From NCBI GenBank assembly GCA_963523365.1, contig CAURCE010000001.1, forward strand, positions 1 through 54,286: a stretch of DNA of 54,286 bases, given 5' to 3'. Positions 30,012 through 41,360 of the stretch are shown here, in pieces (the stretch's first letter is position 1; every line of letters starts with the position of its first letter). Both the position numbers and the translations under genes were made by a program. This stretch comes from an uncultured Streptococcus sp. GTDB lineage: Bacteria; Bacillota; Bacilli; Lactobacillales; Streptococcaceae. The notes under the pieces were generated by a model. It worked only from the letters and a program-made list of their open reading frames with translations. It was not told where the DNA came from and did not search any database.

Positions 30012-30938
30012 CTACTCGTCTTTATAGTGAATACACAAATCTCTAAATTTATTATCTAGCGCTGCAATATCATACAAGACTTCTGACAGTTTCTGATAAT
30101 CTTCCTTGATACAAAATAGATGAGCTTGGCCGAACAACTTTGCTAAATTTTCTTTTATTTCTGATCTGACAGCATCGTATTCTTTTAAGAAGTTGCTCAT
30201 GTATAGATTTCTGATAGAAGCTAATTTGAAACTAAAGTATTGATGAAGATGTTTTTGTTCTTCATTCAAGCCATTGTCCGCAACCGACTTAGCATATCTT
30301 ACTATCACATTCTCCTCGCCACGTTCATATCGTTGCTTCATCAGTATAGATGTTTTTTGATAAATCTCTTTGGAAGTTGGAGTTTTGATTTTTTGGAAGT
30401 TTCCCCACATGGAGAAAGAACCTCTTTTATAGTCGATATTTTTAGCTTCCCAGGCTTTCGAAAATTCTGAGAAAGTCATTTTCATACAAGCAAAGCCTGC
30501 TGGATCATGGAAATAGATAAACTCATCATCTAGATCATAAACTGAAACAAAATGGTCCACCCCATACAAATGGATATGATTGGGATTATAAGTCAGATAA
30601 CCCATGTCCAAAGGGCCAAGAACAACAGTTCCGCTGAGCAAGAACTTACTTAAGATCTCTCTGATAGAGATATGATTCACAGCATTTGAATCCTTTATAT
30701 AGTATTCATCATATGTAAAACCCAGAATGTTTAAAGAATGGCTGATAGAACTATCTGGCATCCCATTATCAAAGAAGACTAAGGGGTGTTTTTCATCTTC
30801 CTTTACAATACTAGCGCCATTTCCCAACACCATAATGGCTTCCAAAAACTCAGGGCGAACATCATAACCATACGAATGCAACGCCATCACAAGTGAATAT
30901 GTATAACAAAGAGAAACGTCCCCAAAATACATCTGCAT
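30012..30938 (-). CDS. Uncharacterised protein with papain-like (C39/BtrH_N-type) Cys-His pattern
   Basis: GDVSLCYTYSL helix-start Cys; DHFVSVYDLDDEFIYFHDPAG strand motif; GGAGG RBS before ATG 30938; AT-rich. Confidence 0.7.
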   Translation of the reverse strand: MQMYFGDVSLCYTYSLVMALHSYGYDVRPEFLEAIMVLGNGASIVKEDEKHPLVFFDNGMPDSSISHSLNILGFTYDEYYIKDSNAVNHISIREILSKFLLSGTVVLGPLDMGYLTYNPNHIHLYGVDHFVSVYDLDDEFIYFHDPAGFACMKMTFSEFSKAWEAKNIDYKRGSFSMWGNFQKIKTPTSKEIYQKTSILMKQRYERGEENVIVRYAKSVADNGLNEEQKHLHQYFSFKLASIRNLYMSNFLKEYDAVRSEIKENLAKLFGQAHLFCIKEDYQKLSEVLYDIAALDNKFRDLCIHYKDE

Positions 30939-30990
30939 AGCATCTCCTCCTCTGTAATTGACACCTAAAAAATGACTTGCAATCACCATT

Positions 30991-31824
30991 TTATTTCACC
31001 ACTGGTATCCAGAGTTCCATTTGATAGTCTGGGGAGGACATATCACCCTCGGTGTAGACTTCAAAATCTGGTGCTCCTGAGTGGCGATAACCTGTTTCTG
31101 GGAAGAAGACTTCCAAAACATATTTCCAAGCATGGTGGATGCTGGCTGGTATAGCTCCCTTGACTGGTACGATAGCATATTCAGCTTCTGCGATTTCTTT
31201 GATTGACAGACCTAGTTCTTCTGCTTTCGCTTTATCCGTCACATCATAAGCCGCCATGTAGTTAATGATTTCACCCTCTTTGACATCAGAGCAGACGCCA
31301 AAGGATTGGCCACTGCCCAGACTTTCCAGGCTTTCAAAGCTGTGATTGGCATAGAGTTGCTCCCAAGCAGACGGGCACTGGCTATTGTCAATAGCTTCCA
31401 ATAGGACGCCTGCCACGGTAAAAGCAGGTTTCTTTTGAATCTTGATATCCATGTTCTTTCCTCCTGTAATCTTTAAGGATAATTGAAGTCTAGGAAAGAC
31501 CCGATAAGGTTTTCCATTCCTAACTTCTGAGGGGGTCGCACCATGGAATTTCTTGAAAGCTGCGCTAAAGGCATCCGCAGACTCATAGCCGTATTTGAGT
31601 GCTATATCAATAACTTTCTCAGAGCTTTCCCGCAAGTCTGTCACAGCTTCTGATAGTCGGCGATTGCGTAGGTATTCTGCCAAAGTCATATCTGCCAGGA
31701 TGGAAAAAAGCCGGCTGAAGAGAGCGTAAGAATAGCCTGACAGCTGCTGAAATTTCTGCAAATCCACTTCTGCGTCCAGCTTACTTTCCAGATATTCCAT
31801 AGTTCGATTGAATTGATGCATCAT
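30991..31824 (-). CDS. AraC-family regulator with C-terminal GyrI-like effector-binding domain
   Basis: YLRNRRLSEA, IALKYGYESADAFSAAFKKFHGATPSEVR; C-terminal PDFEVY...ELWIPV. Confidence 0.93.
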   Translation of the reverse strand: MMHQFNRTMEYLESKLDAEVDLQKFQQLSGYSYALFSRLFSILADMTLAEYLRNRRLSEAVTDLRESSEKVIDIALKYGYESADAFSAAFKKFHGATPSEVRNGKPYRVFPRLQLSLKITGGKNMDIKIQKKPAFTVAGVLLEAIDNSQCPSAWEQLYANHSFESLESLGSGQSFGVCSDVKEGEIINYMAAYDVTDKAKAEELGLSIKEIAEAEYAIVPVKGAIPASIHHAWKYVLEVFFPETGYRHSGAPDFEVYTEGDMSSPDYQMELWIPVVK

Positions 31825-31908
31825 ATTCTTTTTCACCTCTTGACTATAGTCTAACAGATATAAGATACCTCTGCCCTAGAATTTTTGTACAAGATTTAGA
31901 GGGGGATT

Positions 31909-32403
31909 TTACAACCTATCCCGCAGCTTCTCCACAAATAGATAAGCCGCTGGGCAAGTCAGGGTATTCTTAATCGTCAAATGGTTGATTTGATGGATCT
32001 TTTTTCGGTCTGTATGGGGAAACTCACGGCAGGCCTTGGGACGGACATCGTAAATCGAGCAGAGATTGTCTCCACCTAAAAAAGGACAAGGCATAGCCTT
32101 GAAAACCTTGTCACCGTCTTCATCCACCTGCAGAAACTCCTCTTCAAAAGCTGGCAGCTTCATCTTAAAATACTTGGCAATACGGACAATATCGGCTTCC
32201 TTAAAGTCTGGCCCCAGTGTCTTGCAGCAATTGGCGCAGGCTGTACAGTCAATCTCCTCAAAGACCTCATCATGGATTTGCTGGGCAATCTTATCGAGAT
32301 TTTTTGGTGGCTTTTTCTTGAGACTGGCTAAGAATTTCCGGTGCTCTTTCTGCTTTTGCAAAGCTAGCTGATGGTATTTTTCAAGGTCGATTTCTTGAGT
32401 CAT
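31909..32403 (-). CDS. YkgJ-family cysteine cluster protein
   Basis: CTACANCC, PCPFL, CSIYDVRPKACREFP. Confidence 0.9.
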   Translation of the reverse strand: MTQEIDLEKYHQLALQKQKEHRKFLASLKKKPPKNLDKIAQQIHDEVFEEIDCTACANCCKTLGPDFKEADIVRIAKYFKMKLPAFEEEFLQVDEDGDKVFKAMPCPFLGGDNLCSIYDVRPKACREFPHTDRKKIHQINHLTIKNTLTCPAAYLFVEKLRDRL

Positions 32404-32507
32404 AAACTACTTTCTAATCAGTTAATTTTCGTTAGCATTATATCATAAATCTCAAAAAAATGAGACCTACTTTCAGGTAGCCCTCATTTACTTTGTATTA
32501 AATATTG

Positions 32508-33143
32508 TTAGCTGGGCCTTTTTTCATCAAGGCTCCATGTTTCCTCTATATACGAGATGACAGAAGCCAGAGTTTTTCGGTCGCCTTCAAAAGAGATCAA
32601 ATACACTTTGTCGTCTTTTTGGAAAACCCAAGAAACAACTAGCTGCCCTGATTTCATAATTACATTCAGTTGGAAAGCTTCATTGCCAGAAACAGTGGAT
32701 TTTGCTCCCCACATTTTTTCTACATCTTTATTATCATTCCAACTATAGGCTAGTCGCTGGGCAATTAACTCAGCATTGAAAGTTTCCCCATCTTGGACAT
32801 GAGCTTTTTCTCTAGTATAACCATTCATGGTAACGATATTATAAGCTGAGCCATCCGTAAACTGAACGCTGTCGCCACCATCTAAGTCGGTGAACTTGAT
32901 CCAATTACTTGGAATATCAATATAGCCGTAATCAGCTGAGCCAATGCGTTTGGTCTCGGTTGTAGTAGAAACATCTTTATCACTCGCTTTATCAGATTTG
33001 CTGCTATCTTTTTGAGAAACCTGACTAGTTGTACTACTAGAAGTAGACGATTTCCGATTACCATAATTTTTAATAAGGCCACAAGAAGCCAGAGACAGAC
33101 CAACCAGAACTGTCAAGAAACTAAGAAAATACTTTTTTGCCAT
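32508..33143 (-). CDS. Lipoprotein of unknown function
   Basis: Lipobox LASC, Ser/Thr linker, globular C-terminal domain; AAAGGAG RBS. Confidence 0.8.
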   Translation of the reverse strand: MAKKYFLSFLTVLVGLSLASCGLIKNYGNRKSSTSSSTTSQVSQKDSSKSDKASDKDVSTTTETKRIGSADYGYIDIPSNWIKFTDLDGGDSVQFTDGSAYNIVTMNGYTREKAHVQDGETFNAELIAQRLAYSWNDNKDVEKMWGAKSTVSGNEAFQLNVIMKSGQLVVSWVFQKDDKVYLISFEGDRKTLASVISYIEETWSLDEKRPS

Positions 33144-33315
33144 AACAAATCTCCTTTTTAGACTACATGAGCCTTAGCTATCTATATTTCCATACTATCC
33201 AAACATTATAGATAGAATCGAACTACTAAAGATTGCTTCCCTATCTTATTTTTAGGAACAGATCGATTTTTTTCCTTCGCTTTGTAATGCTGAGCTCAGG
33301 CGATTAATGTCAACT

Positions 33316-35139
33316 TTATTCCTCATCCATACTCAATACGCTGAGGAAGGCCTCTTGTGGGACTTCGACAGAGCCGATCGCTTTCATCCGTTTCTTACCG
33401 GCTTTTTGTTTTTCTAGAAGTTTACGTTTCCGAGAAACGTCACCACCGTAACATTTAGCAAGAACGTTTTTACGAAGAGCCTTAATATCAGTACGAGCCA
33501 CAATCTTGTGGCCAATGGCTGCCTGAATAGGTACCTCAAACTGCTGACGAGGAATGATTTTCTTGAGCTTATCAACAATCAGCTTACCACGCTCATAGGC
33601 AAATTCCTTATGCACGATAAAGCTGAGAGCATCGACCTTGTCGCCATTTAGGAGGATATCCATCTTCACCAGCTTGGACGAGCGATACTCAGAGATTTCG
33701 TAGTCAAAGCTAGCATAGCCACGAGTAGAGGACTTGAGCTTGTCAAAGAAGTCAAAGACAATTTCAGCAAGCGGGATTTGATAGATGACATTGACCCGAT
33801 TATCATCGATATAGTCCATGGTCACAAAGTCACCACGCTTGCGCTGAGCCAACTCCATCACAGCTCCGACAAATTCCTGCGGTACCATAATCTGCGCCTT
33901 GACATAAGGCTCCTCAATGGAATCAATCTTGGTCGGATCTGGAAACTCGCTCGGATTGGACACATCAAGGGAAGCACCATCCGTCATATTGACCTTATAG
34001 ATAACCGACGGAGCCGTCATGATTAAATCAATATTAAACTCACGCTCCAAACGCTCCTGAATAACATCCATGTGCAGCAAGCCCAAGAAGCCACAACGGA
34101 AACCAAATCCTAACGCCTGCGATGTTTCTGGCTCAAACTGCAGACTGGCATCGTTTAGCTGGAGCTTTTCAAGCGCCTCGCGCAGGTCATTGTATTTATT
34201 GGACTCAATCGGATAGAGACCAGCAAAAACCATCGGGTTCATCTGCTTGTAGCCGTGCAGAGGTTCTGCGGCTGGATTATCCGCCAAGGTCACTGTATCC
34301 CCGACCCGGGTATCCTGTACCGTCTTGATAGAGGCTGCGATATAACCAACATCCCCTGTCGCTAGGAAATCACGACCAATGGCCTTGGGCGTAAAGATGC
34401 CAACTTCTGTTACATCAAAGGTCTTGCCATTGCTCATGAGCTGAATGGTATCTCCCGGCTTGACCACACCATCCATAACCCGCACTTGCAGGATTACCCC
34501 ACGATAGGCGTCATAGACCGAGTCAAAAATCAAGGCCTTGAGCGGTGCTTCTACATTTCCAGTCGGTGCTGGAACTTTTTCCACAATCTGCTCTAGAATT
34601 TCCTCAATTCCGATGCCAGCCTTGGCAGAAGCCAATACGGCTTCGCTAGCATCCAGTCCAATCACATCTTCAATCTCTGCCCGCACCCGCTCTGGATCCG
34701 CAGCTGGCAGGTCGATTTTATTGATAACTGGCAGGATCTCCAAGTCATTGTCCAGCGCTAGATAGACATTTGCCAAGGTCTGAGCCTCAATCCCCTGAGC
34801 AGCATCCACGACCAAAATCGCCCCTTCGCAGGCCGCTAGAGAACGCGAAACTTCATAGGTAAAGTCCACGTGTCCCGGCGTGTCAATCAAGTGGAAGATA
34901 TAGGTCTCCCCGTCCTTAGCAGTGTAATTGAGCTCAATAGCATTGAGCTTAATGGTGATGCCGCGCTCCCGCTCCAAGTCCATGCTGTCCAAGAGTTGGG
35001 CCTGCATTTCCCGGCTGGAAACCGTCTCCGTCGCCTCTAAAATCCGGTCGGCTAAGGTTGATTTCCCGTGGTCGATGTGGGCAATGATGGAGAAATTGCG
35101 GATCTTCTCCTGACGTTTTTTCAAATCTTCTAACTTCAT
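33316..35139 (-). CDS. lepA: Translation elongation factor 4
   Basis: [46 protein letters not shown]. Confidence 0.99.
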   Translation of the reverse strand: MKLEDLKKRQEKIRNFSIIAHIDHGKSTLADRILEATETVSSREMQAQLLDSMDLERERGITIKLNAIELNYTAKDGETYIFHLIDTPGHVDFTYEVSRSLAACEGAILVVDAAQGIEAQTLANVYLALDNDLEILPVINKIDLPAADPERVRAEIEDVIGLDASEAVLASAKAGIGIEEILEQIVEKVPAPTGNVEAPLKALIFDSVYDAYRGVILQVRVMDGVVKPGDTIQLMSNGKTFDVTEVGIFTPKAIGRDFLATGDVGYIAASIKTVQDTRVGDTVTLADNPAAEPLHGYKQMNPMVFAGLYPIESNKYNDLREALEKLQLNDASLQFEPETSQALGFGFRCGFLGLLHMDVIQERLEREFNIDLIMTAPSVIYKVNMTDGASLDVSNPSEFPDPTKIDSIEEPYVKAQIMVPQEFVGAVMELAQRKRGDFVTMDYIDDNRVNVIYQIPLAEIVFDFFDKLKSSTRGYASFDYEISEYRSSKLVKMDILLNGDKVDALSFIVHKEFAYERGKLIVDKLKKIIPRQQFEVPIQAAIGHKIVARTDIKALRKNVLAKCYGGDVSRKRKLLEKQKAGKKRMKAIGSVEVPQEAFLSVLSMDEE

Positions 35140-35262
35140 TTTTCTCTTCCTTTTAGGGTATTCTATTTATTATATCATGATTTTTCGAAAATAAAAACGA
35201 CTGTAACCAAGACAGTCGACTTAATTTTCCATTTAACTAGAGTCTCATAAATATGGATACGA

Positions 35263-36165
35263 TTAGTTATGGGCTTTTCTGAGTTTTTCAAGAGTTTCTA
35301 GGAAAATAGCTGGCGCTTCAGCCGTAAATTCTAGCACTTCGCCAGTCCGAGGATGGGTGAAGCCCAGTGTTCGCGCGTGCAGAAATTGGCCATGGCCTTT
35401 CAGCGTCTTACGTGGCCCATAAACCTCATCACCAGCGACTGGATGGCCGATATAAGCCATGTGAACACGGATTTGATGCGTCCGCCCAGTCTCCAGCTGC
35501 AACTCAACCAAGGTATAGTCCCCAAAACGTTCCAAGACTTGGAAACGTGTTAGAGCAGGTTTTCCCTTGGCTGTAACCGCCTGTTTCTTGCGGTCTTTTT
35601 CACTACGGCCAATCGGTGCCTCAATCACTCCGCGGTCATTAGGGAGATTTCCATGGACAATCGCCCAGTATTTACGCAAGGATTTCTTATCCTTGAGCTC
35701 ATCTGCAAGTGCCAGATGGGCTTGGTCATTCTTGGCAATCATCAAAAGACCAGAAGTATCCTTATCAATCCGATGGACAATTCCCGGACGCAGCACACCA
35801 TTGATGCCAGAGAGATCTTTGATGTGGTACATGAGGGCATTGACCAGAGTACCGCTGGTATGCCCAGCTGACGGGTGAACCACCATGCCTTGAGGCTTGT
35901 TGACGACGGCTACATCCTCATCCTGATAGACGATTTCTAGCGGAAGATCCTCTGCCACATACTCGACTACCTCTGGCTCAGGTACTTCATAGGAAATGAC
36001 ATCACCCTCTTTGACGGCATACTTGGCTTTTTTTGCCAATCCATTAACCAAAATCTGGCCATTTTTTATCTGTTCATTGGCTAAACCACGGGATAGCTCT
36101 GTCAAGTCCGCCACTGCCTTATCCAAACGCAGACCTGCAGCGACTGCATCAATTTTCAATTCCAT
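35263..36165 (-). CDS. rluD: RluA/RluD-family pseudouridine synthase
   Basis: S4 domain, [19 protein letters not shown]; follows lspA. Confidence 0.92.
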   Translation of the reverse strand: MELKIDAVAAGLRLDKAVADLTELSRGLANEQIKNGQILVNGLAKKAKYAVKEGDVISYEVPEPEVVEYVAEDLPLEIVYQDEDVAVVNKPQGMVVHPSAGHTSGTLVNALMYHIKDLSGINGVLRPGIVHRIDKDTSGLLMIAKNDQAHLALADELKDKKSLRKYWAIVHGNLPNDRGVIEAPIGRSEKDRKKQAVTAKGKPALTRFQVLERFGDYTLVELQLETGRTHQIRVHMAYIGHPVAGDEVYGPRKTLKGHGQFLHARTLGFTHPRTGEVLEFTAEAPAIFLETLEKLRKAHN

Positions 36166-36616
36166 TTGTTTCTTCCTTCAACATCACCAGTAATAAAATC
36201 GCTACTCCAACAGTCAGGTACATATCTGCTACGTTAAAAATAGCAAAATTGACAAAATCTAACTGGAACATATCCACTACAAATCCCTGCTGAATGCGGT
36301 CAATGAAATTGCCCAATCCACCAGCAATAATTAGAATAAGTCCCGTCAGCATCCACTTGGAAGCTTGGATATTTTTAATCAAATACCAAACAGCAACTCC
36401 AATCACGGTACAAGTAATCAAGGAGAAAAACCACTGCTGATTTTCCAAGATAGAAAAGGCTGCACCAGTATTTCGCAGATAGGTCAAACTGACAATCTTA
36501 GGAATAAACCTCCTGACCTGCCCCAAAGAAAAATTGGAAACAATATAATACTTGACTGCCTGATCAAGAGCAATCAAAAGAATGACTAAAAAAGGAATCG
36601 CAATTTTACGTTTCAT
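36149..36616 (-). CDS. lspA: Lipoprotein signal peptidase II
   Basis: NTGAAFS, GNFIDR, VVDM, IFNVAD. Confidence 0.97.
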   Translation of the reverse strand: MKRKIAIPFLVILLIALDQAVKYYIVSNFSLGQVRRFIPKIVSLTYLRNTGAAFSILENQQWFFSLITCTVIGVAVWYLIKNIQASKWMLTGLILIIAGGLGNFIDRIQQGFVVDMFQLDFVNFAIFNVADMYLTVGVAILLLVMLKEETNGIEN

Positions 36617-37521
36617 ACTTCTCTTTTCTGTGCAAAATATTCTTTCATAACAGCTACAAAAGCTTCGCCGACCTGACTCAACTCTACATCTTCCCTCTTG
36701 ACATAGACCATGTGATTGTCTAAATTGTCTCGGAGTTTGATGACAGTGATTCCATTTACACTGTTGCTATCCAAAAAGCCAGATCCAGTCGCATAAGCAT
36801 CCGTCCGCTCCAAAATCCCATTCAGCGTTGCTCGATCCGTCACATTAAACATCTGAGAGCTAGCACTGGTATCAACAAAATTCTCAGAATAATAGAGATA
36901 CTCATCCTTTTCCTGTGTGAAGCGAACGGTTGGCAAGGTAGCCAAATCTTCCATGACCAGTTCCTCCTTTTGAGTCAGAGGATGGTCTTCCCGCAAATAA
37001 ATGTGGGTCTGAAAAGGAATTAGCTCAATGACCTCCAAACCAAGCTTCTCCACCCGCTGCATAATGCCCTTGCTATTCTGATTATTGAGATAAATAATCC
37101 CAATCTCACTGTGGCCTTGGGCCACTTCGTCCAAAATCTGCACGGTTGTTGATTCAAAAATCCGGAAATTCTTATATTCTGGATACTTTTGAGAAAACTC
37201 CGTAATCAACGGCGGCAAAAAGTCATAGTGCTGACTGGCAATGGAAAATTCATCCTTTTCCTCTTCAGGATTGGCATATTGATTTTGAAAGACATCAAAT
37301 CCTTTGACCAATTCCTGAGCTCTTTCGTAAAATTCCATACCACGGCGGGTCAAGAAGGTTCCACTACTAGTTCGACGAAAAACCTTAAATCCCAGCTCCT
37401 TTTCCAAATCTCGCACCGCGATAGATAGGCTAGGCTGGCTGACATACATCTTTTCTGCTGCTTCGCGGAAAGTTCCGCTGTTGGCAATAGCCACTACATA
37501 ACGCAATTGTTGAATATTCAT
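36613..37521 (-). CDS. cmbR: LysR-family regulator (CmbR/CysR type)
   Basis: LysR HTH ([13 protein letters not shown]); conserved streptococcal position upstream of lspA; orthology from recall. Confidence 0.75.
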   Translation of the reverse strand: MNIQQLRYVVAIANSGTFREAAEKMYVSQPSLSIAVRDLEKELGFKVFRRTSSGTFLTRRGMEFYERAQELVKGFDVFQNQYANPEEEKDEFSIASQHYDFLPPLITEFSQKYPEYKNFRIFESTTVQILDEVAQGHSEIGIIYLNNQNSKGIMQRVEKLGLEVIELIPFQTHIYLREDHPLTQKEELVMEDLATLPTVRFTQEKDEYLYYSENFVDTSASSQMFNVTDRATLNGILERTDAYATGSGFLDSNSVNGITVIKLRDNLDNHMVYVKREDVELSQVGEAFVAVMKEYFAQKREV

Positions 37522-37623
37522 ATCTTTTTCCTTTTACAAATACTCCTAATTATATCATAAACTCAGCCTTCCTTAAAGGCAGGCAGCGACTTTCCTCTTG
37601 GAAATACATCTCTGAAATCTTCC

Positions 37624-38538
37624 TCATTTGCCTAAAATGTCCTTTGTATATAAGAAGGTGACATAAAGAACAACAAACAAAGCTATTAAGACCTCAAAAG
37701 CAAGCAGAATTTGCCCAGCTAGACCAAGATTCAACACGTTCAAAGACTGCTTCAATGCCACAGCTGAAATAACCAAAGGGAAAGTAAAGGCCGAAAATCC
37801 TGCTGAAAAAGGACGATTGATCAAACGAGGCAATTGCCACAAAATAAAGGCATAAAAGCATTGTCCTGAAACCAAGAGCAAGCTCAACAAGACAGGATTT
37901 AGCTGAGGAAAAGTAGCCACATAAGCCGCTGTCATCAAGGAAATGGGCGCACAAATCGTTGTCGTATTCGGACGAACATTCTCTGCTAAGCCGATTTTAT
38001 AGGTCTTATAAAGGACGATTGGCAAGACCAAAATAGTCGCTAAAAGCCCGTACCAAAAGACCAGCTGCCCCAAAGCTAACTGCTGGGGAACTGAAATGGT
38101 CAGAGGAGCGACACCAATCCCGACAAATAAGACCGTCCAAGCGGGAAAGACATTCTCCCACTTGAAAGGAAATACAAAAGCTAGAATATAGTAGACCATC
38201 AAGAAAACCAGCCCGCTGAAGCTCAGCCACCACAGCACTTGTGCACTAATTCGGGCAAAATTCCCCAACAAAGTCCAGCTCGCTAGGTAAGTAGAAGCCA
38301 CCATTCCCTGCATGAAGAAGGTCGGGAAGACCGAGGACACTAGCGCTTGACCTAGTTGCTCTTTGACCTGCTTGGTGTGCGTCAGCATTCCCATCACTAG
38401 ATGGAGGAAAAACAAGAATGCCAGACTTGCTAAAAGATAACGCAAGAACTGACTGACATCACCAACTAAATTTCCCAAGGCTAGTAGGCCTAGCACCAAG
38501 CCAGCCTGAACTAAGGATGGCTCTTTTCTCTTTATCAT
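37624..38538 (-). CDS. TDT/SLAC1-family transporter
   Basis: About ten TM segments; VFPAWTVLFVGIGV, ICAPISL, FSAFTFPLVISA. Confidence 0.85.
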   Translation of the reverse strand: MIKRKEPSLVQAGLVLGLLALGNLVGDVSQFLRYLLASLAFLFFLHLVMGMLTHTKQVKEQLGQALVSSVFPTFFMQGMVASTYLASWTLLGNFARISAQVLWWLSFSGLVFLMVYYILAFVFPFKWENVFPAWTVLFVGIGVAPLTISVPQQLALGQLVFWYGLLATILVLPIVLYKTYKIGLAENVRPNTTTICAPISLMTAAYVATFPQLNPVLLSLLLVSGQCFYAFILWQLPRLINRPFSAGFSAFTFPLVISAVALKQSLNVLNLGLAGQILLAFEVLIALFVVLYVTFLYTKDILGK

Positions 38539-38587
38539 CAACAGATCTCCTAACCTTAAAAGCACTTTTCTCCGAAGGATAATTCTT

Positions 38588-39448
38588 TTATTTTCTCTTT
38601 AAATAAACTGCTTCCGATTTTCGTTTAAAGCCTAATCTTTCATACAGTCTTAAGGCACCAATATTTTGAGCTTCTACTACGATTTGACAGACTTGTCCAT
38701 TTCGGCCAGAAAGGTCATTCAGGATAGACCTGACTAAGTGACTCCCTAAGCCCTGTCCCTGAAAGACCTGATCCACAGCTAGGGCAAACAGATAATTGCT
38801 ACCAAAACTTGTATCCACTGAACAAGACGCCACGATTTGACCATCTTGTTTCAGGACATAGAGCAGGCTATCTGGGCTCTCCAGCGCTTGACTGGCATAG
38901 TGAAGCGCAGTATCCATGGGCATTTCAAAAATCTGCGACTGAAACGCTGCAATCTCCGCAACCATTTCTTTTTTCCCCAGCAAAACTTCCACGCCTTCCT
39001 TTTCTTCTTCAGGGAAAGTCCCCGCTGCCTGCTCCAGCCAGATTTCCGTTTCTTTCAAATCATAGTCAAACTTCTCAGCAAAAGTCGGATGGTCTGCTAA
39101 AAACTTGACTTCACTGATGTATTCGATTTGAGACAATTCATATTGCTCTGCAACTTTGGAAAATTCCTGTAAAAGAGCGTTCGCAATGCCTCGTCCGCGA
39201 TAGTCGGGCAATACATAGACAGATACCTCTGCTTGACCTGGCTCATCTGCATAAACCGATAAAAAACCGACCGTTTGATGATCTAAATTTGCCAGAAAAA
39301 ATGCTGGCATATCAACATCAAAATTATAGGCATTATCCAGATAAGGAAGTCGATAAGTCCCATCTGCAACGTGACAGCTTTGAACCAGCTCAAAAAGCTG
39401 ATCCTTGATTTCCTGACTAGGCTGGCTATAAATCTGTATTTCCATCAT
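38588..39448 (-). CDS. Tandem GNAT acetyltransferase
   Basis: VLPDYRGRGIA and VDQVFQGQGLG motifs; ALRLYERLGF. Confidence 0.9.
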   Translation of the reverse strand: MMEIQIYSQPSQEIKDQLFELVQSCHVADGTYRLPYLDNAYNFDVDMPAFFLANLDHQTVGFLSVYADEPGQAEVSVYVLPDYRGRGIANALLQEFSKVAEQYELSQIEYISEVKFLADHPTFAEKFDYDLKETEIWLEQAAGTFPEEEKEGVEVLLGKKEMVAEIAAFQSQIFEMPMDTALHYASQALESPDSLLYVLKQDGQIVASCSVDTSFGSNYLFALAVDQVFQGQGLGSHLVRSILNDLSGRNGQVCQIVVEAQNIGALRLYERLGFKRKSEAVYLKRK

Positions 39449-39494
39449 TCTCCCTCACAAACTTGTATCCATAACAAATGTACTACGTACTATT

Positions 39495-41360
39495 CTACTC
39501 CAACTCACTCAGATACTCATAGCGCTCATACTTTTCAAGAAGCTGGTCATTCTTGTCATCCAGCTCCTTCTGAAGTTCCGATAGCTTGGTAAAGTCCGAA
39601 CCGTTCTGCTCCATTTCTATCTCAATGGCAGCGATACGTGCCTCCAGCTCCTCGATATCCGCCTCGATGGTCTCCCACTCTTGCTTTTCAAAGTAGCTCA
39701 TCCGCTTCTTCTGCTCCCGCGCCTTGACGGGCTTTTCCTTTTCTTTCTTTTGAGAAATAGCTGCGCTGGATTGTCTAAAAGCCTTTTCATCCAGATAGTC
39801 CGTGTAGTTGCCAAAGAACTCTCTGACTTCGCCATCCTCAAAAGCTAAAATCTTGCTGGCTACCTTATCGAGGAAATACCGATCGTGGCTAACTGTAATT
39901 ACTGGCCCTGCAAAGCCCTGCAGGAAATTTTCTAGAACTGTCAAAGTTGCGATATCCAAATCATTGGTCGGCTCGTCCAGAAGCAAGACATTGGGCTTTT
40001 CTAGTAAAAGCTTGAGCAGGTAAAGCCGCTTCTTCTCTCCGCCAGACAATTTCTCAATCAAAGTGCCGTGGCTTGAGCGAGGAAAGAGAAACTGCTCCAA
40101 GAGCTCAGCAATGGATGTCGTCCCGCTACCACTCTTAACTTCTTCCGCGACTTCCTGCAAGTAATTGATGACCCGCTTGGACTCATCCAGCCCTTCAATC
40201 TGTTGAGAAAAATAAGCCACTCGGACTGTTTCACCAATTATAACCTGACCAGACTGAGGCTGCAACTGACCAGCAATTAGATTGAGCAAAGTAGACTTAC
40301 CCACTCCATTATCTCCGACAATGCCCAGTCGATCTTTATTTTGCAGCAAGATATTGAAATGCGACAAAATCTGCTTGTCTCCGTATGCAAAATCCACATC
40401 CTGAAACTCGATAACCTTCTTCCCAATACGGCTGGTTTCAAAGTTCATCTCTAAGTCTGTCTGATTGGTCTGACCAGCCAAATCACTTTTAAGGTCATGG
40501 AAACGATTGATACGTGCCTGCTGCTTGGTCGCCCGCGCTTGAGGCTGACGGCGCATCCAAGACAGTTCCTGCTTGTATAGCTGCTGTTTCTTGTGTAGCA
40601 GGGCAGCATCGCGCTCATCCTGCTCAGCCTTGAGCCGAACATAGTCCTGATAATTGCCCTGATACTCAATCAAGCTCCCGCCGTCTAATTCAAAAATCCG
40701 CGTGGAAATATTATCCAAAAAATAGCGGTCGTGAGTGATAAAGAGGACGGTCTTCTTTGAATTTTTCAGGAAATTTGTCAGCCATTCAATCGTATCAATG
40801 TCCAGATGGTTGGTCGGCTCATCCAACAACAGCAAGTCCGCTTCTGAAAGTAGGACCTGCGCCAACTGCACCCGCCGGCGTAGACCACCAGAAAGCTGGC
40901 TGATTTTTGCTGCCAAATCTGAGATACCGAGCTTAGATAGGACGGTTTTTACCTGACTCTCAATCTCCCAAGCATGCAGTGAATCCATTTCTGCCATGAC
41001 CTTGTCTAGACGAGCTTGCTTGGCTTCATCATAAGCTGCCATGAGCAGTTCATATTCTCGAATGAGCTGCATTTCTCGCAAATCACTGGACAAAACAGTA
41101 TCCAAGACCGTCTTCTCTTCATCAAAGTCTGGTTCCTGAGTCAAATAGGAGATTTTATAGTCAGATTTTGCTGAAAAAGGATATACATCACCATCAAAGC
41201 CTGATTTGCCAGACAAGACATCCAAAAGAGTGGTTTTTCCTGTCCCATTGACTCCAATCAGTCCAATCCGATCCAAGTCGTGAATGATAAAAGAAATCTC
41301 TTGAAAGACTGTCTTATCCCCGACAGACTTGGTCAGCTTTTCAACGATAAAGTCACTCAT
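39495..41360 (-). CDS. ABC-F family ATPase (Uup/YfmR-like)
   Basis: Two ABC domains ([27 protein letters not shown]), no TM, coiled-coil C-terminus. Confidence 0.93.
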   Translation of the reverse strand: MSDFIVEKLTKSVGDKTVFQEISFIIHDLDRIGLIGVNGTGKTTLLDVLSGKSGFDGDVYPFSAKSDYKISYLTQEPDFDEEKTVLDTVLSSDLREMQLIREYELLMAAYDEAKQARLDKVMAEMDSLHAWEIESQVKTVLSKLGISDLAAKISQLSGGLRRRVQLAQVLLSEADLLLLDEPTNHLDIDTIEWLTNFLKNSKKTVLFITHDRYFLDNISTRIFELDGGSLIEYQGNYQDYVRLKAEQDERDAALLHKKQQLYKQELSWMRRQPQARATKQQARINRFHDLKSDLAGQTNQTDLEMNFETSRIGKKVIEFQDVDFAYGDKQILSHFNILLQNKDRLGIVGDNGVGKSTLLNLIAGQLQPQSGQVIIGETVRVAYFSQQIEGLDESKRVINYLQEVAEEVKSGSGTTSIAELLEQFLFPRSSHGTLIEKLSGGEKKRLYLLKLLLEKPNVLLLDEPTNDLDIATLTVLENFLQGFAGPVITVSHDRYFLDKVASKILAFEDGEVREFFGNYTDYLDEKAFRQSSAAISQKKEKEKPVKAREQKKRMSYFEKQEWETIEADIEELEARIAAIEIEMEQNGSDFTKLSELQKELDDKNDQLLEKYERYEYLSELE

